Shown here piece after piece: positions 52,591 through 64,000 of a stretch of DNA of 64,000 nucleotides. The stretch covers positions 8,370,001 to 8,434,000 of the forward strand of contig NC_086383.1 of assembly GCF_036588685.1 (NCBI RefSeq). Direction: 5' to 3'. The notes beneath the pieces are model-generated. The model had not been told where the DNA came from. It searched no databases and saw only the letters and a program-made list of their open reading frames with translations. Made by a program: the position numbers and the translations under genes. Origin of the DNA: Mytilus trossulus. Taxonomy: Eukaryota. Each line of letters opens with the position of its first letter. Position 1 is the stretch's first letter.

Positions 52591-55473
52591 AATAAAGACA
52601 ACAGTAGTATACCGCTGTTCAAAACTCATAAATCCATGGACAAAAATTAAAATCGGGGTAACAAACTAAAACCGAGGGAAACGCATTAAATATAAGAGAA
52701 GAACAACGACACAACACCGAAATGCAACACACACAGAAACGGACCAAGCATCCGACAAAATCCTACGAGAATAACAAATATAGCATCTAAACCAAATAAA
52801 TGAATTTGGGATAAACAAGTACCGTGCCACGTCTTATCTTAATCTAAGCTTCATATTTGTTTTTGTTAAGTGGATTTTGTTAGAAAGGAGCAAATACTGG
52901 CGTCCAGAATATGAACCAGCACACAATAAATTAAATTAATATATGTGAAAATGATCAAACTATTCGGCTAGGTCATCAAACGCTTTTTGTCATAACTAAC
53001 CCGTAAAATTTAACAAAGGGTAGGGTATATCTGGGACGAGACTGACGTCTGATTAAATAGATGAATGGGGGTGAATATTATATTAGAACTTTTTGATAAA
53101 TATTCCTCAAGTAATGAAGGTAGAAAAATTCTTGATGTGACACACATTCCTTAATCTAGTATAATTAAAGAGCAAAAACCTGAAGCACGGGGAGGCACTC
53201 TACTGTTTCTACACGGCACTAAAGACAAAGTCTGAAAAACAAAATGAGAATGGAAATGGGGAATGTGTCAAAGCGACAGCAACCCGACCGTAGAGCAGAC
53301 AACAGGCGAAGGCCATCAATGGGTCTTTATGTCCATGTTAAGACCTGATTTAATATAAAAATGTCCTGAGAGAAAATTCCGCCGAACGATATCATTGTCT
53401 TTGACACTTTCACAAGATGACATCAAGTGTATAATTCCAGAAATAACATCGGGCGTTTCAGTTTTTCTTGTACGCATCAGAATGTCGTTCTGAGTTTTTT
53501 TATTTATTAGTAAATAAATATCATTTACATATTGCAGAATTCGAAAGGTCAGATTTACTAAGTAACAGACATGTAAAAAGGATATATTACGCTTGCTTTC
53601 GTCCAATTATATATACCAATATACTAAGTTTAGTAAGTGGCTATACAATTGAAGATGAAGATAATTTAGATATGAACTATTTATAAACTATGATTAACTT
53701 TTCAATTTATAAAGCATATTACATGTCTGACAAAAAAGACAAGGTCAGTGATATTTTTAAAATATTCCGAAATGAAATCAGGGACATAATTAACATAAAT
53801 AAAATTAGAGGAATCATACTTAAAACTTTGGAATATTTCGCATTCTATAATTGAGAGTGAATTTAAGCTGTGACCTAGTTAGTTCATGACTGCACATGGC
53901 ATGCATGTGTCCGGTCAGGTGATATGCATCAAATGAAATTCGCTATTCTACTATGCTGTCATGTTTATATATAATTTATCATATCTATTATAGCTACACT
54001 GAATAATATTGTTATTGTTATATTGTTTTTAGTTTACACAATACAATGCTTGGATTCTGCATTCATGTATCGGTAATTATACCACGTGTACTTTCGATCT
54101 CTTTTCTTGATCTTTGGTTTGATCGCAAAAAAATACCATTTATTGAAAAAAATATGTTGTTCATATAAAGTGTGAAAAAAAACGGTCTTACCTAATCATT
54201 TAAGACTCCTTTTCATAATTACACGGAGTAATCAAGGATCATCATCAATTTTACGGTTCAGTGAAGCTTCAATAAATAAATCATATACTGTTTAGGTCAA
54301 GAAATGTACCGTATTCCGGTATGAAATTATACTCTGTAGAACTGCTTTTTGTATGTAATAAATACAACTTACTTTATAGATATACTTATTGAAGATGTTT
54401 CCCTAAATATTCAATGACTAATTTAAGGGATACTTAATTGAAGCTGTGGATTGAGTAAATTGTTAACAGCAAAAGTGCAATAAAACTTTGATTAATTTAA
54501 AAAAAAAAAAAAAAAAAAAATTTAATGCGTCACTACATTCACCAAGTTAGGTAACACATGACGGTAAATTAAAAATATAATTTCAAATATTTCAACTGCG
54601 ATTAAAATTTGTTGTTTAAGCTAAATCAAAGTTGTGTTGCTATTAATATTCTTTTGTTCCACATTTCTCATTGATGTTGTGTTTCCCTCGATTTTAATTT
54701 GTAATCATAATTTGTTGTTGCTAAGTCGATTTGTAACTATTGAACAGCGGTACACTACTACTGTTGCATTTATCTACTACAATTGAACTTATAAAGTAAA
54801 ATTATGTATTCCTTCATTCAAAAGAGGCATTCTAAAAATTAGTTCACAATTTAACAGTTGTGTATTTTTCGTATAAACAATAGTATTTATACCGGCCATT
54901 TGTTATTCTATAAAGCATTTACGTCAGCAGAAATGCTAAATTTACATTAGTATTATTGACTGATATACAAGGAGTCAATTATCAAAATATATTTCAAATA
55001 CGAGTACAGAGTTGTACAGGTCGGGACCACTACCTTAAATGGAAATGCATAAATTAGCATACTTATGATCTCGCACATGTAATAGTTTATTTACATGCGA
55101 CGCAATTTATTTTACCTAGGTTTTTTACCAATCCAGTAAATGAGACACAATGCATGATGGACTACTACGTGTTTACAATCAACCAAGAACACGTGTTATT
55201 TACTGAAATACAACATATTTTTTCGTGCAATGCGGGATTCACAATTTCGCTTAGTTTTTTATTTTGTGTATCCTCATTTATAGTTCGTGATATAAATGAT
55301 TACTTCCATGCTCAGATTAACGGAGAGTTGTTTCTATATGAAGAAAAAAGGGTTTGAATTACCCGATATATAGCCATTAACATGTTTGACGATGGCACAC
55401 AGAGATTTCATGTATTTGTCCACCAGAAACAACGAACCAACAGCGAAAAAACACAGTTACCCATGAGACAAAC

Positions 55474-55660
55474 TTATCCCAGGCATAGATTACCTTAGTC
55501 GTATTTGGCACAACTTTTGGACTTTTGGATCCTCAATGCTCCTCAAATTTTTACTTGTTTGGCTTTATAAATTTTTTGATAGTCACTGATGAGTCTGATG
55601 TAGACGAAACGCGCGTCTGGCGTACTAAATTATAATCCTGGTACCTTTGATAAATATTTA
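55474..55660 (+). mobile_element. Retrozyme family 1 partial unit inserted in the TIR-like region
   Basis: Matches 32770-32955. Confidence 0.8.
55582..55621 (+). ncRNA. Minimal Type I hammerhead ribozyme, intact core
   Basis: GUCA-CUGAUGA-GUCU(gaugu)AGAC-GAAA-CGCGCG-UC-UGGC, GUC triplet. Confidence 0.85.
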
Positions 55661-56939
55661 CTGGTGTAAAGTTAGCTGTCAATAACAGCCGGTACTGATA
55701 TTTAAGAGTACTGCAATGTTCGTATAGGTAATTAAAGGCAAATGTGGGATCCTTGAGATTTGTGAAGGTAAAAAAAGCGAAGAAATATTTACATACATGG
55801 CAGTGTTAACAAAATCTATAAGTATTTGTGTTGGTCACATTTCAGTATATGGGACTTCCAAACTGTTTTCTTTGTTTTGAAGGAAGTGAAGTCAGTAGGT
55901 TGGTTCCCTCCTTAAAACATTAAGTATGCCTTCGGAATATACGTCAAGAATTTCAATAACGGCCGGAAAACAGACTATGAAGTCAGCAACTGTAGTTTCA
56001 GTTTGTTCGTTTTTTAACGGGCTCGGACATTTGCCAAACAGAATAAAATCATTATAGCTGATTTCTTAAACATGCAAAGTAAAACTTTGGTTGGCAAGCA
56101 AGCTAACCAAGGTTTTACTCCACATGCATTAGGAAATAAGCTGTAATGATTTTGTCCATATGTATGTGCGACAAGGTGGAAAATTTTATTTGTTTTGTGA
56201 AAATTGCAGCGTTGGAACTATAACCAAAAAGAAGATGTGGTATGATTGTCAATGAGACAGCTGTCCACAAGAGACCAAAATGACACAGAAATTAACATTT
56301 ATATATCACCGTGCGGCCTTCAACAATGACCAAAGCCCATACCACATAGTCAGCTATAAAAGGGCCCGATATGACAATGTAAAACAATTTAAACGAGAAA
56401 ACTAACGGCCTTAATTATGAACGAAAAACAAATATGTAACACATAAGCAAACGACAACTACTGAAATACTGGCTCCTATACAATATATTTTTTTTTATGG
56501 GATAAATTTCTTGTCCTTTTATATATTTAATTCGGTCGGGTTTTGTTTTTTTTTGGTTTGTGTTTTGTTTGGATTGTTTTACACATTCAAGTAATTTTTG
56601 GGTCATTAATAGCTTACTTTTTAGCATTGGACCTATGACTACTTACTTTACTAAATTATGGCTTTGTTGGAAAGATGTCTCATTTGGCACTCATACATTG
56701 TACCTCATCTTCTACTTCTATATACAAAGCACGTTTTAGAAAGAAAAGAAAAGGCAATATGGCACCCCCTATAATCCAGAGACTTTTAATATTGGAGATA
56801 TTTGACATATGTCAACAGGACAGCAGCCGAACGATAAAAAAACCTCTGAGGTATATTTTGTGATAACATTAGAAACAAATGGATATTATCGATGGATGAA
56901 ACTATAAAAAATTGTATTGGTCTATATACCGTACCCACT

Positions 56940-57088
56940 CAATGGCGGATCCAGGGGGCATGGGTTCCGGGGATGGATCCCCTTATTTACGACGATCAGT
57001 GCATTTAACTGGGAACATGTAGTTGGAACCCCTCCCCTTTTGTCCAGGGTTAGGACCCCCCTTTTTTATATGGCTGGACCTGCCCCTG
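56940..57088. mobile_element. Small GC-rich hAT-like MITE
   Basis: Imperfect TIRs caatggcggatccag / ctggacctgcccctg; TSD not resolved. Confidence 0.5.
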
Positions 57089-60000
57089 CCGCTTTCATAA
57101 CACTTATTTTTAGCATACTGAATATTATGATGTTCTTACTATTTGTTCAGGTCCTGATAAAAAAGAACACATTCAGAACCGAAAAAAGTGTTTCAATGAA
57201 AGTTTCGTGTTTTTCTAGGCATAAATGATTTTGCAATAACATTATACATGTTTAAAAGAGCTCAAATGATTTTCTTACTGGACAGTGGTCACTTCATTGG
57301 ATATTTCACTGTGTCATGTCGTGAAATTAATGCTGGTTCAATTCATAACAATGTACAAAACCGGTTCAACTGCTTTTGCAAGGCGAAAAAGAAAGTCGAA
57401 TCGTGAAGCCAATAAACATTTTTTTTTTAATCTGAGAATGTAAATTGAAGATTACGTTATATATTTTACATTAAATTTATTTGCAGAATAAAAAATTTGG
57501 TAATGAGAGTCCCAGACAATATATTAATTGACTGTTTTCCCACAAATTCCACGTTTTTTAAGTAGTAGTTTACTAGAAGAAGCCCACAATGCATTGTAGT
57601 TCATTGAGTCGATTGGTCAGTTTGTCAAGGGCATATTGGCCTTGTGTTTTGGAAATTACTATGCAAATATATTCTGACGTCAGAAAATCTAGAGTTCTGG
57701 ACCTGTTGTACATGATTCAATTTAATTCGACTTTTATTAATGTGTAGACTATTAATTAAAGAGATATTTGTAGATTTTAGGCACTTAACTTTGTATTATT
57801 GAAATTGAAATTGATAGAAAAATAAAAATAGGTCAGAAAAACTTCCTCATATATGATTGTAAATTGGGTATTCTGAGAAATTATAATTTTATTAATACAA
57901 ACTAAACGAACATAAATTTTCAACCATAAGCGTAAATCACTTAAATTAATATAATGAAAAGGAAAACGAAACTCAATCATTTTGATGGTTGTCAAAAACT
58001 AACTTGATGTTGCATTTTTAATACAACCATTACCAAATTGAATGTAATTATTTTACATGAAATAAAGTATCAATTATTTTGTTTTTATTGTTTAGATTTC
58101 TACTGATATTACTTCATATAACAATGTTGACATGCTTACAATTGAACTATATATAGGAAGAAGTGGTGTGAGTGCCAATGAGACAACTATCCGTCCAAAT
58201 AAAAGAAAACATTTATAGGTCGACGTACGGCCTTCAACACGGAGCCTTGGCTCACACCGAAAAACAAGCTGTAAAAGGCCCCAAAATTACTAGTGTAAAA
58301 CCATTCAAACGGGAAAACCAACGGTCTAGTCAATTAAAAAACGAGAAACGAGAAACATGTATAAATTACAAAAACGAACGTCAACTACTATACTACTATA
58401 CATAAGATTCCTAACTTAGGACAGGTGCAAACATTTGCAGCAGGATTAAACGTTTTAAATGTGTATTCTACATAAAATATAAAACATGTCTAACATGGAA
58501 CGTTTCTTTGTCATAGTTGTACATATACCTTTAAGATAAACAGTTTTTTTGAAAGATTTTTAACTCCATACATAAAATGTCTTCCAATATTTGATAGTTG
58601 CGCCACTGATGAGTCTTGAAGCATTTACTTATTGTTTAAGTGAGAGAACATTTGTAATGAGTATGTAAGGGAATTTTTTTAACAATCCAAACAGTTTTGT
58701 TTTGTTTTGGTGTTAATCTATTCTAAGTCTTTCAAAAGTTACGAACAACACATTGAAATTTCAATACCCTTATAAATGATCTATTAAAAAGTAAAAACAC
58801 AAAAATACTGCACTTCGAGGAAAATTCAAAAAGGATAGTCTAAAATCAAAAGGCAAAATCAAAAGTCCAAACACATCAAACGAATAGATAACAACTTTCA
58901 TATTCCTGACTTGGTACAGGCATTTTCTAATGTAGAAAATGGTGGATTGAACCTGGTTTTATAGCTAGCTAAACCTCTCACTTGTATGACAGTCGCACCA
59001 CTATTAAACAGAGGCTTACAACAAATATATGAAACTAAGACATACCACGAAGAAGAAAAAGATTTGACTCACAATATACAACAAATGGAAGTTTTGTAAC
59101 TTCAAGGACAAAGACCTATTTTCGTCTTGAATAAACATTCTCTACGTAACACTTCAATATCAAGAAAACAAATACGGATCAATTTAAGATTATGAAACAA
59201 AGAGAGAAACAAACCTCTTTGGCAACAAAAAAAAATTACTTGTGTAGATCATATTTTCTATTGTTTATCTTAACACTAAGTAATAGGAAAATACAAATTA
59301 TAAGTGTTAATTACTTGAATCAATATTTTAAAAGAAAGTGAAAATTCTAATGAATTAGTTCTATATCTATTTTAAGTTTAAATGTAAACATTTCCCAGAA
59401 GTCGTTTCTGAACATGTTTAATTCATTTCGGTACTTGAATTATTTTTTTTTTAGACATTTAAAGATTTATAACAAAATGACAATGATCATTACATTCAAG
59501 TTACAGTAGTTTATCGATCAAATCTAGTAAACGATTTAGGAACAAAAATATGGTAACAAACATAAACTGTGTCGGTCAACCAATTTGTGATGTTGACCAT
59601 ACAGCATATGCACGTTTGATTCGTTTCTCACTTTATATTTCAATGAAGATTTGTTTTCGTAAATACAATTAAATGTATCGTGTATATCTTTATTAAGATT
59701 GTAAATCATGTAATAATGTCGTTCATGTCGTCATTTTTATCTCTTTAATCCTTATTTAAAATGTGTTGTTTACATCGTCATTTATAGGCTGTGTCATGGT
59801 GTTGTATCTTTTGTGTCGTACTTAATCATTTTGTATTTTTCCATTGTGTCATGCACGTGGACATTAGTATGTTGAATCAATTCACTATGACGTTTATGTC
59901 ATCATTTATATATTGAACTCCATGCCATTGTGTCGTCTGTAAGGCTTATTATCCACAAACACAATTGAGGGGAAAATTAGATAAAACTCAAGAAGTTTTG

Positions 60001-62861
60001 TTGGTTCTTTTTTTACTAGAGATGATTCTGCAAAACATGTGCTGCATATGAATACAAAAACGTAAACTTAAATGTTGGTTTGAAATAAGTAACCCCTTTA
60101 ATCTCCCAACTGACATTTTATTCAATAGATACTCAGAAAATAAACTTCAGACAACATATTTCAGGAAAGAAAACAGAACGACTCAACTCAACAGATACAT
60201 ATTCCAATAGTCTTGTTTTGACAACAGTAGTCATGTTTCGTTTGTTATTTTATATTGACAAGTGTATTTGATAACAAGATGGCATGCTATATTCATTGAA
60301 ATAAAGTGTTCTATGTTGTGATGTTACACTGTTGTTTAAGATAAAAATGAAGGTTTGGTTCCATTAATTTTGTTTAAACCCGCTGCAAATTTTAACCCTG
60401 TCTTCAGTTAGTAATTAGATATTTAGTTGTATATGTGGTTCATAAATGTTTCTTGTTTCTCGTCTTTTATGGTTTTAGACTAGTAGTTTTTGCGGCCTTT
60501 AAAGCTTGCAGTACGATGTGAACCACGACTCATTTATGAAAACCGTACTTTTGCCTTTAATTGGTATAGGAATATGTGGTATGAGTGCCAATGCCACAAC
60601 TCTCCATCCAAGAAACAATTTATAAATTAAAGTAAACCATAATAGGTCAAGGTACGGCCTTCAACACGGAGCCTTGGCTCACACAAAACAGCAATCTATA
60701 AAGGGCCCCAAAACTTGCTAGTGTTAAACCATTAAAACGGTAATAATAGTTAACTTTTAAAAAATGTGACTTAGATGGAGAGTTGTCTCCAGGGTTTTAC
60801 CACATCCTTTTCTAACTCTCACCCATCTAATAAAACGAGTAAACCCCTTTGTTATCTATGGTTATTCTCTTAAACTTATCTGGTATTCTACATTGTAATG
60901 AATAAACACTAAAACTTTTACTTTTCAAAAGATACTTTAAATATAGCAATAAAGAACTCATTAGTTTGACTTCTGGGCACACAAGATTCATCGTCGAGTA
61001 GTTGTAGGAAGGTTAAACAACAACTAGCTTTTTTAACTTTAAAAGGGGAAAAAACATTATATATGAACTTTTCTAAAAGGGGGATACGCTTACTTTTAAT
61101 TATAAAAAAGATATATGTACAGGAATAATACAAAATTATTGGACATGTTAATACTAGGTAGATGTGTATTTCTTAGGGTAAATTTCTTAGCTTTTCTGGT
61201 AGATTTTGAATATTTCTGATACGTCGTCCACGTTCGTTCCAAAGATGTTCAATTAGTGATAAATCTTAAGACACTGCTGGCCAAGGCAACACACGAATAT
61301 GATTATTCTCCAAAACGGTCATTGAAATGTATTTTACGTGACAACAGCCGTTGTCCTGCTGAAAAAAAACGTGGTTAAAACGATGTCTTCGGTGAAACGG
61401 GAGAACAACTGGAGCCTGCATTTTGCCCTATACCTTGTTGCATTTAGGTTACCAACGATGATTTGAGCTCTGTGCGTTCCCGGTAGGTAATTCCGCCCCA
61501 TACCATGATTCCGCCACCACCAAATCGATCTGTTTTCTGCACGCACGCATAAGAACATCGTTCTTTGCGTCTCCGGCAGACCCTGGCTCTGCCGTCACTA
61601 AATTTCAATTTTAGATTCATCGGTAAAAAGAAACCTGTGTTTATGTTTGCCTATTCCATCGAATCTTGAAGTAGTGGCATCCTGTGACACTGTGTAAGGA
61701 TACTTCCCTTCAATGGACGACTAGTTCTTAGACCAAGTTGACGCAATCGTTTACAAACTGTTCGAGCAAATCTTCTGTTGTTATGTCTTCTGTGGGTTTG
61801 TCTTGCAGTTTGTGACGCGTTTACGAATCAATTCCGGAGATGAATGATGCGGAAGACTGGGCATATGTTTTACGTGTAACTTTTTCAATTTTTGTAATGC
61901 GACCTTTTGATAACAATCGTGTTCGACACAATAAATGACAACAAGGACAACTCTATACAGGTAAACTGTTGAGAAAAGGTTATTTGTTTGAAATCAGAAA
62001 ATGACATCATGTCATTTCCGATATTTTTATAATTGAGATCAATCATTCAGGTTACTAGTTTTAATCATAAAAAATATTTGAAATTAATATATGTTATATT
62101 TTTAAATTAAAAACCAATGTAACGTTTCTTTTTTTTTTGCCTAGTATATTATACATTACTGATATATAAAATTAAAAGACATAAACAAAATGTATTCGTC
62201 GATACTGAACAGATAAAACCCGAGCAGTCTGTCATTCGGAATACAGGATAAACATTCGATAAGTATCTCAAAAGCACGTGACTTATTTAAAGCGGTCGTT
62301 TAAGGAAGATGAAACATAAGAGTAAACACAACTTTCGGGTTAATGAACTGTACTTGTAGTTCAGATCATATCTTCTATTATTTATTTCAAAACAAAGTTA
62401 TGTACTTGTCATAAGTGCTAAACACAAAGAAATCGAACCAGAATTAGAATGAACATTTCTAAAACTAACTTCCTTTTTAGGTTAAGTCACAAATTGACCA
62501 GTGTTCTATTGAAAATATTTCCAATTCAGTTTACGTTATTCAGCTCAAAGAAATTGTTTTTTCTCAGAAGTTTGATTATATTAGTGGAACATTATTTAGT
62601 GAGAGGACGTCAATAAACAACATTTTAAGTGGAAAATTCACGAGATGTTGCATGAAGTCTCCTTAGTCAATCTCCATAGACGACACCGGAAAGCTTTTCA
62701 GCAAAGTACAAAAACATACTGAAAAGTAATGAAATAAGACTAACATGTATAGCAAATCTGTAATAATATCACTTCTGAACACAATGAAAAACACTATTTA
62801 AACGTTGATGCTATCATTAGCAAGTCTGTTATTAGCACTTTCAATACCGACTATTCTGTCA

Positions 62862-63495
62862 TTGACGTTCGAATTCAAAAAAGTAAAAAAGGCCAAATAA
62901 AGAACGAAGTTATAGAGCATTGATGACCAAAATTCCTAAAATCTTTGCCAAATACAGCTAAGGTAATCTATGCCTGAGATAGAAAAGCCTAAGTATTGAA
63001 AAAAAAATCACAATTTTGTAAACAGTTAATTTATAAAAATATAACAATATCATTGATAATTCATGTCAGCACAAAAAGTGCTGATTTCTGGGCTTGTGAT
63101 ACCCTCGGGAAAATAAATACCCACCAGCAGTGGTTTCGACCAAGTGGTTGTAAATAAACTCATCATATATACCAGGACTAAATTTTATATATACGCCAGA
63201 CGCGCGTTTCGTCTACAAAAGACTCATCAGTGACGCTCGAATCCAAAAAAGTTAAAAAGGCCAAATAAAGTACGAAGTTGAAGAGCATTGAGGACCAAAA
63301 TTCATAAAAGTGTTGCCAAATACAGCTAAGGTAATCTATGTCTGAGGTAGAAAAGCCTAAGTATTTCAAAACATTCAAAATTTTGTAAACAGTTAATTTG
63401 AACAGCGGTATACTACTGTTGCCTTTATTTAATTTATAGATATAACAATATCAATGATAATTCATGTCAGCACAAACAGTGCTGAATACTGGTCT
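62862..63495 (-). mobile_element. Retrozyme family 1 array (mirror of 32655-33270)
   Basis: Two staggered units; hammerhead at 63194-63235. Confidence 0.85.
63194..63235 (-). ncRNA. Minimal Type I hammerhead ribozyme, intact core
   Basis: CGUCA-CUGAUGA-GUCU(uuugu)AGAC-GAAA-CGCGCG-UC-UGGCG. Confidence 0.88.
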
Positions 63496-64000
63496 ACATT
63501 TGTTACTAAGAACCTCAATATCACTTGAATTTACGAAAGCAATCATTTAAAAATAAACTAAAGGAGAAACAAAACTTCCTGGCTGATGAACTGTAAGTTT
63601 TCTGTCAAGATCATATCTTTTATTATTTAATTTAAAACAAAGTGATGACAATCAACTAATCCTAAGTGCTCGACACTTTATTCAAAGGAAATCGAAAACG
63701 ACTCTGAATGATACTTTTTCAAAAACTAACATTATTCCAAGTAGTTTTAAGAAGTTGACCAGTGATCTTATGCTAATATTTCAATTAATTTGGTAAAGGT
63801 TTTCTGTTTTATGTCACACGTTTTAAAAAAATTTGTTGGAAAATTTCACCAATAAATAAAACATTTCAAGCTTGAAATATTAGGAAGAAAATGAATGACG
63901 ATCAACTTATTCTAAGTGTTAAATACTTTATCAAACGAAATCGAAACAGAATTTGCATTAAGCTTTCCCAAAAACTAACTTTATTTGTAAGTGATATAAC

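Larger units (their letters stand above)
53340..55900 (+). pseudogene. Toll-like receptor pseudogene remnant (LRRs - LRRCT - TM - TIR-like)
   Basis: TNLR/ILN*S, EAF*KLVHNLTVVYFSY, SIYVSRN, TLNGNA, NSLFTCDAIYFT* (LRRCT-like), FSC-NAGFTISLSFLFCVSSFIV (TM), RYIAI...QRFHVFV and KLAVNNSR (TIR-like), collinear on the + strand with many stops and frameshifts. Confidence 0.55.
57193..64000 (-). repeat. Right arm of inverted segmental duplication (runs off the window)
   Basis: The last 40 nt are the reverse complement of 32165-32204; the inner boundary tcaatgaaagtttcgtg matches 39646-39662. Confidence 0.97.

Noticed and set aside
58604-58620. Hammerhead at ccactgatgagtc
   Set aside because: Only the 5' half of the core is present; there is no GAAA or stem III

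Overview
AT-rich, repeat-dense animal DNA. The repeat families and the hammerhead-bearing ~360-nt tandem units suggest a bivalve, most likely a Mytilus-type mussel (inference from pattern recall, no search run). Only one long intact ORF is present: a Mab-21/cGAS-like receptor (cGLR) on the minus strand (13103-15090), with a GS..DxD..D nucleotidyltransferase motif and a helical/TPR-like C-terminus. The rest is (i) transposon debris: a CR1/L2-type LINE, an intron-containing Sola-like transposase, an Academ-like remnant, Tc1/mariner copies, a Gypsy remnant and a solo LTR, an L1/Tx1 remnant, Penelope-like fragments and a near full-length Naiad-type Penelope element whose N-terminal GIY-YIG has TGA at a conserved Cys position (possible selenocysteine); (ii) at least two families of minimal Type I hammerhead ribozymes in retrozyme-like repeats; (iii) decayed leucine-rich-repeat/Toll-like-receptor coding fragments spread over 27-64 kb; (iv) an inverted segmental duplication of at least 6.8 kb (32165-39662 vs 57193-64000+) around a 17.5-kb spacer. 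There is a 329-N gap at 15715-16043. All family calls come from manual motif reading, and element boundaries are approximate unless TSDs or TIRs are quoted.
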